This document shows, piece after piece, positions 21,325-34,143 of a stretch of DNA of 37,862 nt (the first letter of the stretch is position 1; every line of letters starts with the position of its first letter). Source of the stretch: Jimgerdemannia flammicorona (taxonomy: Eukaryota). The DNA lies in assembly GCA_003990765.1 (NCBI GenBank), contig RBNJ01000176.1:1-37862 (forward strand), written 5' to 3'. Under the pieces are notes generated by a model. It was not told where the DNA came from, searched no databases, and saw nothing but the letters and a program-made list of their open reading frames with translations. Position numbers and translations under genes: made by a program.

Positions 21325-24300
21325 GATAAGAAAGAAGTATACCTCCTCCAGGTCAACCATTTCAAAGAAAATGCCCCCCAGTAAGTACTCTGCCAACCAG
21401 TCAGAGTGTACAAAAATGTCATCCTGGAACCAGGAGAGCAAACAACCTTCGAAATCTTTGCCCAGGAATCTTTTCTTTGAACCCATTGAAGACATCAAAG
21501 GACTGGAGATAGAAGGACACACATTTCCAGACAAGATGAATCCAGTGCACTCCCGAGCAATCAACCAAAGTTGGGGAAACATCATTCTGCCAAAAGGAAC
21601 CATCATAGGACATCTGGTGCCATATCTCAACTGAGCATACCAAGAGGTCTATGAATTGAACCTATTGGGAAATGGCAAAAGGTCCCAGAAGAAAGGAAAG
21701 GCCCCTCTGCGACCCAGGAGAAAGTAAAGCCTTCCACTAACATTGGAGAAGAATTGACATCTCAGCAGCAACAACAATTGATAGAACTTTTGCATAAATA
21801 TCAGGACATCTTCATCACAGATTATGGCAACCTGCCATACAATCCATTATATCACTACAGCATAAATACAGGAAATGCGACACCCATCTGGCAGAAACCT
21901 TATAGAATACTCCATCATCTGAAAACATTTGAGAAGGAACATATTCAGGAACTCTTAGACAATAGAGTCATCCGACCCTCCACCAGCCCATGGGCTAGCC
22001 CTATACTTATTGTACCCAAGAAAGGGGGATGGAGACTCTGTGTAGACTACAGGAAGCTCAACTCAATTACCAAAAAAGATGCTTACCCTTTGCCTCAGAT
22101 TGATGACCTTTTGGATCAACTATAAGAAGCCAGATACTTCAGCAGTATGGATCTTTTTGCAGGATTCCACAAAATCCCTATAGACTCCAAAGATATCTAG
22201 AAAACAGCTTTCCTTGTCCTAGAAAAACTGTTTGAATACACTCAAATGCCCTTTGGACTTTGCAATGCACCATCCACCTTCCAGAGAATGATGAACTCAG
22301 TATATGCCCCACTGATTCAACAATGCTTGATCATGTATGTGGATGATTCCAACATCTACTCAGCAAATTTTGAAGACCATCTACAGCACCTAGAGGAATT
22401 CTTCAAGCTCACCTACAAGAACCACCTGAGGCTCAATTCTAAGAAATGTTACTTCAGGAAACAGAAACTTGAATTTCTTGGATTCATAGTTTCAAAAGAA
22501 GGAACATATACAGACCCAAAGAAAACCAAAAAGATCAACAACTGGCCAGTCCCCAAGACCCCAAAAGAAACACTATCATTCCTGATGCTAGTGTCCTACT
22601 ACAGAAGATTCATCAAGAACTTTGCTCAAATTACCACTCCAATCCGAGCCCTTCTCAAGAAAGGAGTGCCATACAAGTGGACAGAATCCCAAGAACAAGC
22701 ATTCAAGGAACTCAAGCACAAAATGACAACAGCACCCATTCTTGTGTGACCCAATCTACAGAAGCCATTCATCCTGTACACAGATGCTTCTAAAGATGGT
22801 CTTGGTGCAGTTCTAGCTCAAGAAGAATCAGATGGCCTATACTATGTGATAGCTTATGCAAGTCAAGCTACCAATCAGCAACAAGCCAATTATGGCAGCA
22901 CCAAACTAGAATACCTTGCAGTCATATGGGCAGTAACCTTGTTCAAGCATTACCTTATAGGAAAAAGATTCACTTTGATAACTGATCATGCTGCCTCAAA
23001 TGGCTATTCAACTGCAAGGATCCCTCTGGAATCTTGGCCTACTGGATTCTTATCTTGCAAGATTACAAAATCACCATCATCCACAAAGCAGAGAAAGCTC
23101 ACAATAATGTAGATGTGCTTTCCTGCCAGCTCTAATGAACCAGAAGAAGGGTGTCCCGAGGAACTACACTCTGAAGGAAGCTCCTCAAACCATCAAGATA
23201 CAAGAAGATCTTATCCAAAATGAACACCAGAAGGCCCACCAAGGACAATCAAATGAAGAAGAAAAGCTGTGAGCAACATATCAATATTGGCCCAATCTCC
23301 AAGCATAAGTTAGAGACATTCTCAAGAAGTGTGATATCTGTCAGAAGTACTAAGGAAAGAAGAATTATCAAGCACCACTCCAGCCAATCAAACCACTAGA
23401 CAACATCTTTCAGAGATGGGGAGTAGACGTTATTGGACCACTACCAGTGATACCAAGAAGGAACAAATATATTCTAGTATTTGTTGAACATCTGACCAAA
23501 TGGCCTGAAGCTTTCCCAATGGAAATTGCTAATGCCCTGACCATTGTTGGCCTCCTCCATGGTCTGACCCTCAGATATGGACCCCCTGAAGAACTTATCT
23601 CTAACCAGGGCACAGAATTCATCAATAATGTGATTACAAGTTACACCTGAATTCACAAGATCCACCTCAAAAGGACCATATCATACCACCCCCAGACTAA
23701 TGGCATGACTGAACAAATGAACCAGACCATCAAGAAAGAACTTGCCTGAGTCAATCCTACCAATTGGGACCTCTGCTTACCTGAGATCCTATGGGAAATT
23801 CGAAATACCCCAGCTGCCTCTACCAAACAAAAGCCATTTGAGATGATGTTTGCCAAGAAGACAAGAACTGCTGACCATGAGAACCTTGGAGGCCTCCTCA
23901 AAAAGGCAGAATAGTTATGTAATCAAGCCTGAGACCAGATAATCAAGGCTCAAGAAAGACAGAAGAAGTACTATAATCAAAAGCAGAAGGATCAGAAGAT
24001 CAAGATTGGAGATCAAGTACTAGTCTGGAGAAGTATGATTGAAACAAACTTTGCCACCAAACTGGAGCCCAAATGGAAAGGACCTTATCCTGTGCACAAT
24101 ATCAGAGGAACCAGCATCTATTTAAGAAGTATGGATGGACGAACTCTGAGGACACCAGTACATACCAATTGCCTCAAGATATATCTCTCCCCACATTATG
24201 AACTTCAGAATTGTACTGATAAAGGGTGGGTGTTCTAGAGTTCTGAAATCCCCTGCACTCATCTCCCTTTTTTTTTCTCCTCTTCAGATAATCACTCTCT

Positions 24301-25420
24301 TCACTGATATACTCTTTTTGATACAATTCTAGGGATGTATAAAATTCTGTACTCCTACCAGAACTTTAGAAGTACCATTGAAGAGCAAACTATGTGTGAG
24401 TATAATATGGCCTGTGTGGCAATAGTGGCTATGATCTGGGGTTTTTTGAGCAGATTGATAGAGTGTATGGCAGGCCAGCTTGGTAGTAATCTCAGTATAG
24501 CTGTACATATATTTTTGGTGCAATTTAGTATATCATATGAGGTGAGAAGCTCCACTTTTTTGGTGCTATAGCCCAGGGGGTTTCTGCCCCTCTGAATGCA
24601 AAAAGGACTGATGTGTTGTTAAGAAGGAGAGATAGTTGGCAATCCCCTTGAGAAGGATGGAAGCTGTGCTCTGCACATTAACACACACCAGTGTTTGAAG
24701 GCATTGCTCTGTCGCACCTGTGGGTCAGCAAGCATCTCAACACAGCAAAAAGGACTGACTGAATACTATCTGTTTTGGCAGGTTTCCAAGCCAGAGCTCC
24801 CAGAGCTGGACTAAGAGCAGGTATCTACCAGCACAGCCTGACAGCATGAGGTCCTGGGCCAAGGGTTCACCAACTGTATACTTGTATCATATCAGGATAT
24901 ATCAGGTGCAATATTTCTCTGCCTATACATATAAACAACAATATCACCCTAGTAATATTTTATATCCTGGAAAGGAAGGGCCCAATCTGAGAGGATAGTG
25001 GTAGAGTCTGATATGACCTCACTTATAGTTTCAGAGTCCCATTTGTAGCCAATATGACCATCCTATTCTAACTACATAACCATTACCTTTGAGGAGAGCT
25101 CAGATACAGCAGTTGTTATACTCACAACAAATGACAAGCTCATCAAGGCCTGGGACCAGTAGGTGGAGCAGTTTTTGTGAGGGTTAGGCAATCTTTCATA
25201 AGAGTTCAGCAGTTATTTTGTACAGATTGGGTAGTCTTTTGTGGGAGATTGGGCTGGCAGCCAGATGCTTCTTCTGTAGTACTAGTTTATTCATTATGCC
25301 AGGCCCTACTGGTCCCTTGGCCCTATTCTGTAGTGTCACTGGTATGGTACTATGGCATAGGACCAGGGTGCCCATGGGACCTGAACTGGCAATGGGACCC
25401 AAATTTGTGGTGGACTTCAA

Positions 25421-25500
25421 CTGCTGGAAGTATCCTCTAACTGCCAGAAATATCCTCTGACTGCCAAAAGTACTCTCTAACTGCCAGAAGCACCCTCTGA
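25421..25500. repeat. 4 x 20-bp tandem repeat (consensus CTGCCAGAAGTATCCTCT(A/G)A)
   Basis: Units start at 25421, 25441, 25461 and 25481. Confidence 0.85.
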
Positions 25501-25519
25501 CCTAGACTCAGACTCCTTA

Positions 25520-26090
25520 GCAGTTTGGAGTTATCTCTTTGCTGCTGGTTGAGAGCTACAAATTTTGCATGCTCTCTCCACTAACCCTGCTAACCTCTGG
25601 CTCAGGCACAGGCTGCTTGGGGGTGCCTCATACTACTGGCAGAGAGCTACAAATTTTGTACACTCCCTCCACCTATCCTGCCCCCTCCACTAATCCCCCC
25701 TGTTCTAGATACTTATGGCTTAGGGCTGCCCCTTGCTGCTGGTAGAGGGCTACAAATTTTGTATACTCCCTCTGCTGACTCTGTACCCACCAACCCCACT
25801 CACTGACCTGGGTACTGATAGCTTGGGGCTACCTCTTACTGCTGGCAGAGGGCCACAAATTTTGCATACTCTCTCCATCTACCCCACCCCCTCTGCCAAC
25901 CCCCCCATCCTGGACACTTATGGCTTTAGGCTACTCCTTGCTGCTAGCAGAGGACTGCAAATTTTGTACACTCTCTCTGCTGACCCCACACCCCCCAACC
26001 CTGCCCACTGACCTGAGCACTGATAGCTTGAGACTGTCCCTTGCTACTGGCAGAGGACTACAAATTTTGCATGCTCCCTCCACTACTACC
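25520..26090. repeat. Six tandem units of about 103 bp with core GGCAGAGGGCTACAAATTTTG
   Basis: CAAATTTTG cores at 25559, 25650, 25753, 25856, 25958 and 26061, in alternating A/B variants. Confidence 0.85.
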
Positions 26091-26142
26091 AAACCTACCA
26101 ACCACTGCCTCACTTGGGCTACAAACTCTGGACTGAGTCCTA

Positions 26143-26180
<38 letters not shown>

Positions 26181-26249
26181 AAAAAGTATTAAATAATCCA
26201 TAAGACCAATTAACTTATTTATAAACTCTAAGATCTATTGAATTTTAGT

Positions 26250-27337
26250 AGCCCAAGCTCTACTAAGATTTCAGACATATATATGTCTAGATAATCTCAG
26301 TATTCAGTATATACATACCTCTTAGGGGTAATAAGATCTACTCTACCTGAGAACATCTGCTCAATGGGAGTACTGGTAGCAGGAATTGCCAGATAGTCTC
26401 AAGTCATACTACACAGACTGGGGAAGTCTGTTTGATATAGCTGTAGCTATATACCTCAGTGGGTAGAGTGGTGGTTAGAATGGTGGTTAGGTTGGTGGAT
26501 TAAATTGGCCCAATACAACTAACTGCCTGTCTAACAACTCAACCCATCTTTCACCAGTTGAGTACCTCCACATCCTTCAGCAGAATCACATAGTCACTGG
26601 TGAGGTAAATGGTGAGTTCATCTATTAATAGTAGCTTATCTACTGATGACTCTCTCTTCCTCTTTCTGTTGAAGTAAATGTGGAACAAAAGATATCTCTT
26701 AGCATATTAATCTAGACTTCAGCTGAAATCTTATTGTAGTATATAGTTTTTCTAGTATGTTTCAATTATGGCCTATTTGGTTCCCTCAATGAAGTGCTGC
26801 TTCTAGCCCTGATCTTTATGGTATTGTAGCTTTAAGTATGGGTCCAGCACTGTTTGGAAAAAGAGAGTGAGTTTTGCAGAAGTTTCTCTGTTTTGGAAGA
26901 GACAATAGCCACATTCTGACATACTTGTACTGATTGAGTATACAGTAGTATCTGTTTTGGAGTAGTATTTTCTGAGCTTACTTAGAGCAACCTCTATAGT
27001 ATCTCTCTGATCCAGGCTTAACTGTAAATCACTACAACCCTCCAGCCTATCCTTGAGCTTGTTCTCTAGCCAGTTAATCAGAAAGTTGTATACTGGTAGT
27101 CAGGGTCATTTGTTTGACTATATCCTTCATACAATTATCAAAACACTGGTAGTTATATACAGTGAGGTATTATATTGTACAGAGGCAGACAAAATGAGTA
27201 TGGGGCCAGAGCAATTACTACTTACTTCCAAAACTCTGACAATATTCCTAAGTATATTCCACTTGCTTTCACCTAGAGCCTTGCCCTACATTTCTTTATC
27301 AGCAGTAATTATTGAATCTATTGATTTTTTTTGGTTT

Positions 27338-27376
<39 letters not shown>

Positions 27377-28678
27377 AAAAAAAAAATCTTCAATTATCCA
27401 AAACAAGTTGCATCAGCTGACCAATAAAAAGAATGCATACCACAGCAAACTCCAGTGTATACCGGATCATTGTAAATGTTGAGTTCCAATGTATACAGAC
27501 ATCTAATATAAGCTCTTTTGGGGCTAAACTGATTGCTCTATACTGTATAGTAAATTTGTCTTGTTATTGTGGAGATGATTGAACTAATACAACCAGTTTA
27601 CACAGCTTAAAAACTATACTCAGGGCCCCTCCTCTCTCAGATGTTTTGTCTATATGTATAAGATAGTCCTGAATAATGAGGTTCAGTACATGGGCCTGGT
27701 ATTGTATATAGCAGCTTTCTGTACTAAAGGTTATATTTTCCTGTTTAAGGCTGGCTGCTAAAACTTGGAAAAATATTGAGTTATTTGTAGCATTATTTGT
27801 CATAATGATCAAAATCTGTACTTAAAATATTCAGTCAGTAAATTTATATGAATTTAAAAAACCAATAAAATCTTTTTTATTTTAGGACTTCTCTCAAAAT
27901 GCTGATCTGATGGTAAGTCCCTCATTTTTACCTTAGTTGTGATCCTAAGCTCTCAGATATAACTAATAAAAGTATCTGTAATATTGTCTCTAGAATGAGG
28001 ACTAGTAAGTTTGACAAAGTCAAGAGTGAGAGATTTAAGCTATCAATCAAGATCAATCCAATAACTAATAATGCCCAGAAATGAAATTATATTGAGAGAT
28101 GTCCATGTGTTAATCATAAATGAAATTTTGTCTGCCAAATTCTACTTATTGAATGTGAGATTAAATTGGTGAGCTCTTTATAAATATATATATATATAAT
28201 TCAGCTTGCAAAGGTTATAGTGCTGTCCTTATTTATTTATTTTACCTGAAGTATTTAGCAGAGATTATCATGCTCCTTCCTATAGGCCTCTAGGACATCT
28301 TTGTGAATAGTATCAGTATTTGGTAAATATAAATCATACTTAAGGAGACTAAAGATGCTATGCAATTGATCACTCTCAATAGTTATGAATAGCTGGTCTG
28401 TGTACACAATCTAGTGAATGAGCTGATTTTGAAATTCTGCCAAAGAGTATTGCTAAATATTTTTGATTAAATAGAGTTGTTGGTACAGAAATAGTCAGGC
28501 AGTCAGATAAATATACCCACTATAGCTTAGATATCAATTTTATTTGTCTCTGTATTCTTTTTGATTTTGTTAGAGTATTTGTCTTTTATGTATCAATATA
28601 TGTTCAAAGTCAAACTACTAAGCATTTTGAACTTCTAGCTGTGTAGTTTATGGGAGTAGATGAAACAGTATCATGTAT
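26250..28678 (-). pseudogene. Intron-containing hAT transposase relic, 5' part displaced by element B
   Basis: KISFMINTWTS...FLGI.SYWID, IMTNNATNN, AHVLNLIIQD, HWNST, VLDPYLK, and the dimerisation motif FPSL.SM..DYLAIPATSTPIEQMFS. A GT-AG intron lies near 27816-27931. Confidence 0.85.
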
Positions 28679-30018
28679 TGTGACAAACCACAAAATGTAG
28701 CAATCTTGAAACCTAACCAGGTGACATGAATATTAGTATAGCATAGTAACCAGTAATCATTACTATAGAAAATGTATAAATAACCAGATAGCCAAAAAGG
28801 GGAATAATGTGAACAGTGGCTGTCCCCTGTAGCTATCCACCCAAACACACTATAAATAGCAAATCTATAGTTAGCCAGATAGCAACCAGATAGTAACCAT
28901 AATGTATAAATTACTCCAGAGATAAGAGTGAATAAACCTCAGTCTAAAATTGAATCCAAAAAGTAAAAGACAAGTCTGCCTACTACACTTTGAGAGATAC
29001 ACCTGCCTAGTACTCCCAATGAATCGAATCAAATCAAATTTGACCCAAACTCAATTCGATTTAATCAAATCAAGGGTCCAATTCAATTCAAATTAATTCA
29101 AATTGAAAAATCCCCAATTTGATTTGACTCATTTAACTCTCAATTCAATTCAATTCGAATTGATTCGACTTGTTTGGGAGCACTACACCTGCCAAAAGCC
29201 ACTTGATTCAGGAAGGATTGCAATACTTAGGAGAAATGCCTGCTCTAAAGCCACTACTAGGAGATTGTGAGCATTGGTTCCCTTTTTCCACTCTGGTCCA
29301 CTTTCTGATATAAAGAACAAGTCCATTTTTGGTTCACTTGCCAGATAAGTCTGAAGATTTGTTGCCCAAGTTCAAGGAAGAACTTTGCCACTGTTTCCCA
29401 GTTGAAGCTACTAATTTAGGAAGAATCTGTACAATTCAAGTTAATTCTCAGTTGAAGCTATTATTTCCAAGTTATTTGTATTCCCAGAAGAACCCAATTC
29501 ACACTATCTAAGTTTCCATGACATCCAAGTTATTTGTTCCCAGTGAGTCCAAGTTATTGAGTTATCTACCGCCAGTATAATTCTCAGTAAGCTGCCATTT
29601 CAGAGAAGCCATGCCAAATCGAGCCATCTACCAGAAATCACATACTTTTGAAGATTGTCACACTATACAGAGATCACCTATCACTCAAGAAGGAGAACTG
29701 CTAAATTGTCAGACTGTTACACAGAGATCATTACACTATACAAAATTGTAGTATTCCCAGTTGACCTAAATAGGGAACCTGCTCACACTATACACAAATT
29801 GACTGCTACCCAAGAAGAAAACTACTCATACAAGCTGCTGCTATATCCAAGAACCTGTCTCAAAAAGGAAACCACTTACACAGTATCCAGATCTTGACTA
29901 TTATACTGCTAAACACCAAGAACATTTTGTTGCTTTTAACAAAGTAACTGAGGGTTCAAGCCAAACTGCATCAACCCCCAACCTTGTAATTTGCCTCCAT
30001 TGAGCCAGGCAAGTTACA
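28679..30018 (+). mobile_element. 5' LTR of element B, containing a MITE
   Basis: TGTGAC...GTTACA termini, followed by PBS-like TGGAGACTCAACTAGGAA at 30021. Confidence 0.85.
29008..29185. mobile_element. 178-bp hAT-family MITE
   Basis: TIRs TAGT(A/G)CTCCCAA, an exact 8-bp TSD CACCTGCC (29000-29007 and 29186-29193), and internal AATC/ATTCG short repeats. Confidence 0.92.
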
Positions 30019-33000
30019 TTTGGAGACTCAACTAGGAATATTTCAAATCAACATAACTTTTCAGCTCACAAGAACCCACAGTCAAACTGGATACATTTGA
30101 CACAACACCAATCTCTACTACTACAAAAGAACTAGTTATCACCAGTATTTGGACAGGAAGAGAAGTAATCACATCAAGATTTACCAACTACCTAGTATCA
30201 GAAGGATCCCAACTGAAACCAGAAGACAGTACAGCCCAAAATCCCCAACCAGATCAATTAGACAATACAGGCAGCCCTGCTAGAGATTTTGAAGAACTTA
30301 TATAAGAACTGGAAGATCTTATCATATGAACCCAAGACCTTACAGCCAGATACTCCATACTAGTCCCATTAATCTCACCAATAGAACCTTTACCACAAAC
30401 CCTTATAGAGTTGGAAGTAGCTCCTACAAGAATATCTAGGCTCATTCCACTTTGTTCAAGGACCAGAACACCATCCTCAAGATACCTAAGCACCCTCATC
30501 TCTAGTGATAGCTTAGAAAGCAAACCAGAATCAGAATCTGAACCAGAACCAGAATCAGAAGAAAGTGATGATGAAATGGCCACCTCATTGCCAACCTTTA
30601 CAGGATACTCAGAGGAAGACTCCAGAGAATTCCTTGATGGAATTGAAGGAATTGCAGTCCTGAGGAATCTCTCAGATAAAAGAAAAATTGCTATCTATAA
30701 GACTCAGCTCAGAGAACCAGCCAGAGGAATTTTCCACTAGATAGCAAATAACCCAGATTCAGAACTAGTTAGACAGATATAAGCAGCAATGTCTTATGAG
30801 CTAGAATATGAGACCATGATCTACTGGCTCATTGGAAAGTATGCAGGAAATGAACCCCACCACAAGGCCCAGGAATCTATCATGGGATGAAAGTGAACCT
30901 CAGAGAATCACCTAGAGCCTTCTTTACAAGAATCCAGAAGAGAATGCATGCTGCCAGATTCAATGTCACCAACTAGGACATCATAGGTCCAATGACCTTC
31001 ATGAATGGAATTCCCCTGAACATTGCCCAGTGTCTGCACCTTAGGTATCAAAAGGTCCAAAGAGCAAGTAGATGTAGCCCAAGGATTCTTTGATGTCAGA
31101 CAAGGAACTACCTAGAGTGATCATGACAAAAAAGAAGATAAAGAAGACATCCTGGTCAAAGCCCTACAAGGACTCCTTCAAGGATAAGAAAGATCCAAAG
31201 AAAAAAGGCCAGCCAAGGAAGAAAAGAAGGACAGAAGTAAAATCTGAGACCTTAGCTCCAAGTTGGATCAATTGGTTGGATAGATTGAAAAACTCACCAC
31301 ATGCAAAAATCGGGGCTATCAAGACAACAGAGGATACCCACCACAGAGGAGCCAAGGTTATCCACCAAGAGATAACAGAAATACCAGTAAGAAGAAAGAA
31401 GATATCCTGTCTGAGACAGAGCCCAAGTCCAATGCTTCTACTGTGGATAATTTGGACACTATGCTACTGAATGTGACAACAAAAGAAGTAACCAAAGGGA
31501 CTCAGAATCATCAAACCAAAGAAATGACATCCAGTACAAAAAGACTGAAACTCATCCTGTTGAAGATTTTGAGGAGGTAAGTAACAGTGAAGACTACAGT
31601 GATCTGGACTTGTACCCTACCAAGGTTACTACTTGGAAAACAGTCTATCCAGTAGAGAAAAGAAAGAGACCTATAGGAAGACCATCCAGGAATATTAGTA
31701 GAAGAATCATCCAAGAGGAAGACAAAGAATATGAAGAAGAACAAGTAGAAACACCTCTCTGTACCCCCTCACCTTTTGTCCCCAAGACAAATGAGTTGCT
31801 ACTAGAAGATGAAGAAATAGAACAAGAAAAAGAGGAACCTGTCATTCCAAAGCCTAAGAAAAAGTACACCCCAAAGACCATGCCTAGAGACATCTACAAT
31901 GAAGCCTGGCAGAAGATCCAAGAGGCCAAGATGGAAGTCTCTCTCCTGCAGTTCCTGCAACTGACACCAGCTGGAGTCCAAAACAAATTGTTGAGAACAA
32001 CCAGGTCTAGCACTGGCCAAGTTCCAATTCCACAGCAAGAACCAGTTTCCATCCCTGTCTAAGCAGCTGAAAGACATGTCAGCACCTACCTATATAGAGA
32101 CATTTGAGGACAAAAGGTGAAAATCCTCATAGACACTGGAGCAGCTGTCTGTGTCATTGCCAAACAATTTCTGGACACCCTCCAATGGCCTATTGATAGA
32201 CTATCCAATCTTAGCATCATAGTAGCAGATAGAGCCCGAACTCAACCCCTTGGAGAAGTATGAAATATCACCATCTCCCTTGAACACATTCAGTTCTCCA
32301 TTCCAAAAGCTGTTGTCACTAAAGCTATCACCTATGATATGATTCTTGGTACCAACTGGATGAAGGAAATGAATACAGTCATTGATATTGGTCAACAAGT
32401 ACTCAAATTTGACTACTGAGGCAAGAAGTATAGAGTAAAGATGACCAGCTATGAGCAATCAAAGAAAAAGAAGAAGGTCACTATTCAGAAGGAATATGCT
32501 AGTAGTGAAAAATCTACTACAGAAGAAGAGGAAGAATCTGAAGATGGAAATGATCCCAGACTCAATCCCTGAATTAACCTGATAGATAACAGACCAGAAG
32601 TCAATGTGTGGGCCAAGAACACCATCCCTATCACCATTGGAGTTATTGCAGGAGAAATCAAAGGATACCCTACCTATCTCAAGAGACACAAGTGTTCCGA
32701 GCATTCCTCCAAGATCATAGAAATAAGGAAATTACCTGGTACAGTCTTCTCAGAGTGCAGAAAAAAGAAGAAGAAATGCAGACATGTTTCAGAAATATCT
32801 GCAACTGAAGCTGCAGAAGTATAAGCAATTTGGGATCAAGAATCATCTGAGGAAGAAGAAATTTCTGACCAAAAGTCCCTGAACAAGAAGCACCTGAAGA
32901 AGTAGAGGTCCCTGAACTCATTCCCTGAGATAATCCTCACTAGATACTACCTGAAGACAATAACCCTTGGAATACAGAAGAAGGATCCAGTATAATCACC

Positions 33001-33750
33001 ATTATCTCCAAGAAAGAAACTCACCAAGAAAAGGCTTTTTAGCTAGGAAGATGTCCATATCAAATGGTCTTCCACTCTCTCTAGAACTACTGCTATCAGT
33101 GATATTTACTAGACCAACAGGAGAGACAGAAACCCCAGAGACCAGAACCCCCAAATATAGTTGCACAGTCAACTACCTTCCAAGAAGTTACCACTAAGTT
33201 GTAAAGCTGATGCAGGGGATAAGGCTTCTTCACCCAGACAGAAATATATCCCTTATCTACTCTTCCACCCACTTATGACTAAGATGGGTACTGATTCCCA
33301 AAACAACAAGAGATTAATAACCGGAAACATCATTTCTGAGCAATGGGATATTGCAACCATAGAAGACACCCAGACTGCCGAGACTGCAGGCATCAGATGA
33401 TCCATCTCAGTCATGATGTTGCAGTTCACACCTTGAAGAGAGGAGATAACTGAAGCCAGATCCGAAAAAGCCAGACCAAAAAGCCAAAAAGAAGGACCCT
33501 CAAGATCTATGATTTAAGAGAAGACATCCTAGCTCTCATTAGACATGCAACCTACCAAAGATGGGTAGAAGATGTCACCAACTTCATGGAAGTCCTAGAC
33601 TCTATAGGAAGAAGGAGAATCAACTATCTCTGAGATCCCTCTACTGGAGCCAGATGGCCACACCTCAACCTTAGAGCTTAGAGGCTCTCCACTAGTGGAG
33701 CTTCAGCCCTAGGAAAGCCCAAACTCAGTAAGGATATTACTCAGTATGCC

Positions 33751-34143
33751 CTGCTGCACCCCAAGGCCAAACCCCCAACCAAAGCCCACCCAGAGGATAT
33801 AGGATATAATCTTCACAGTCTGGAGGATGAATCTATCAAACCCAGAAAAACCTTCATGATCAGAACTGGATTAGTCATGCAGCCACCCCAAGAATCTTAC
33901 ATCCAACTGACCTCAAGGTCTGGACTTGCCAGACAAGAAATAACTGTAGAAGGAGGAACTATTGACCTAAGATATACAGGTGAAATCAAGGTTATCTTAT
34001 ACAACAACAGTGCAGAATGGCACTGAATCATTAGAGAATAGAAGATTGCCCAAGCAGTCTTCATAAAGGTCAAGACTCCACAGTTACAAAAAGTCTCTGA
34101 ACTAACTGAAGGAATAAGACAAGCTAAAGGATTTAGAAGTTCA
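33751..34143 (+). pseudogene. dUTPase of element B
   Basis: DIGYNL, SRSGLA, GGTIDLRYTGEI, KIAQAVF, RQAKGFRSS. Confidence 0.88.

Larger units (their letters stand above)
16138..24203 (+). mobile_element. Element A: decayed Ty3/Gypsy retrotransposon (5' LTR, PBS, gag, PR, Cys/His insert, dUTPase, RT, RNase H, IN), 3' end lost to another insertion
   Basis: Domain order PR-RT-RH-IN. Motifs: [71 protein letters not shown]. Confidence 0.93.

Noticed and set aside
25520..26090. Regularly spaced conserved cores resembling a CRISPR array
   Set aside because: The intervening sequences are themselves homologous alternating units. There are no cas genes and the context is eukaryotic.
27324..27387. Long poly-T followed by an A run inside the hAT relic
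   Set aside because: No TSD or element body recognised. It may be intronic low complexity or a homopolymer artefact.
28679..30018. LTR B as the 3' LTR of element A
   Set aside because: There is no preceding PPT, it interrupts a hAT gene, it is followed by a PBS and gag, and it differs substantially from LTR A.
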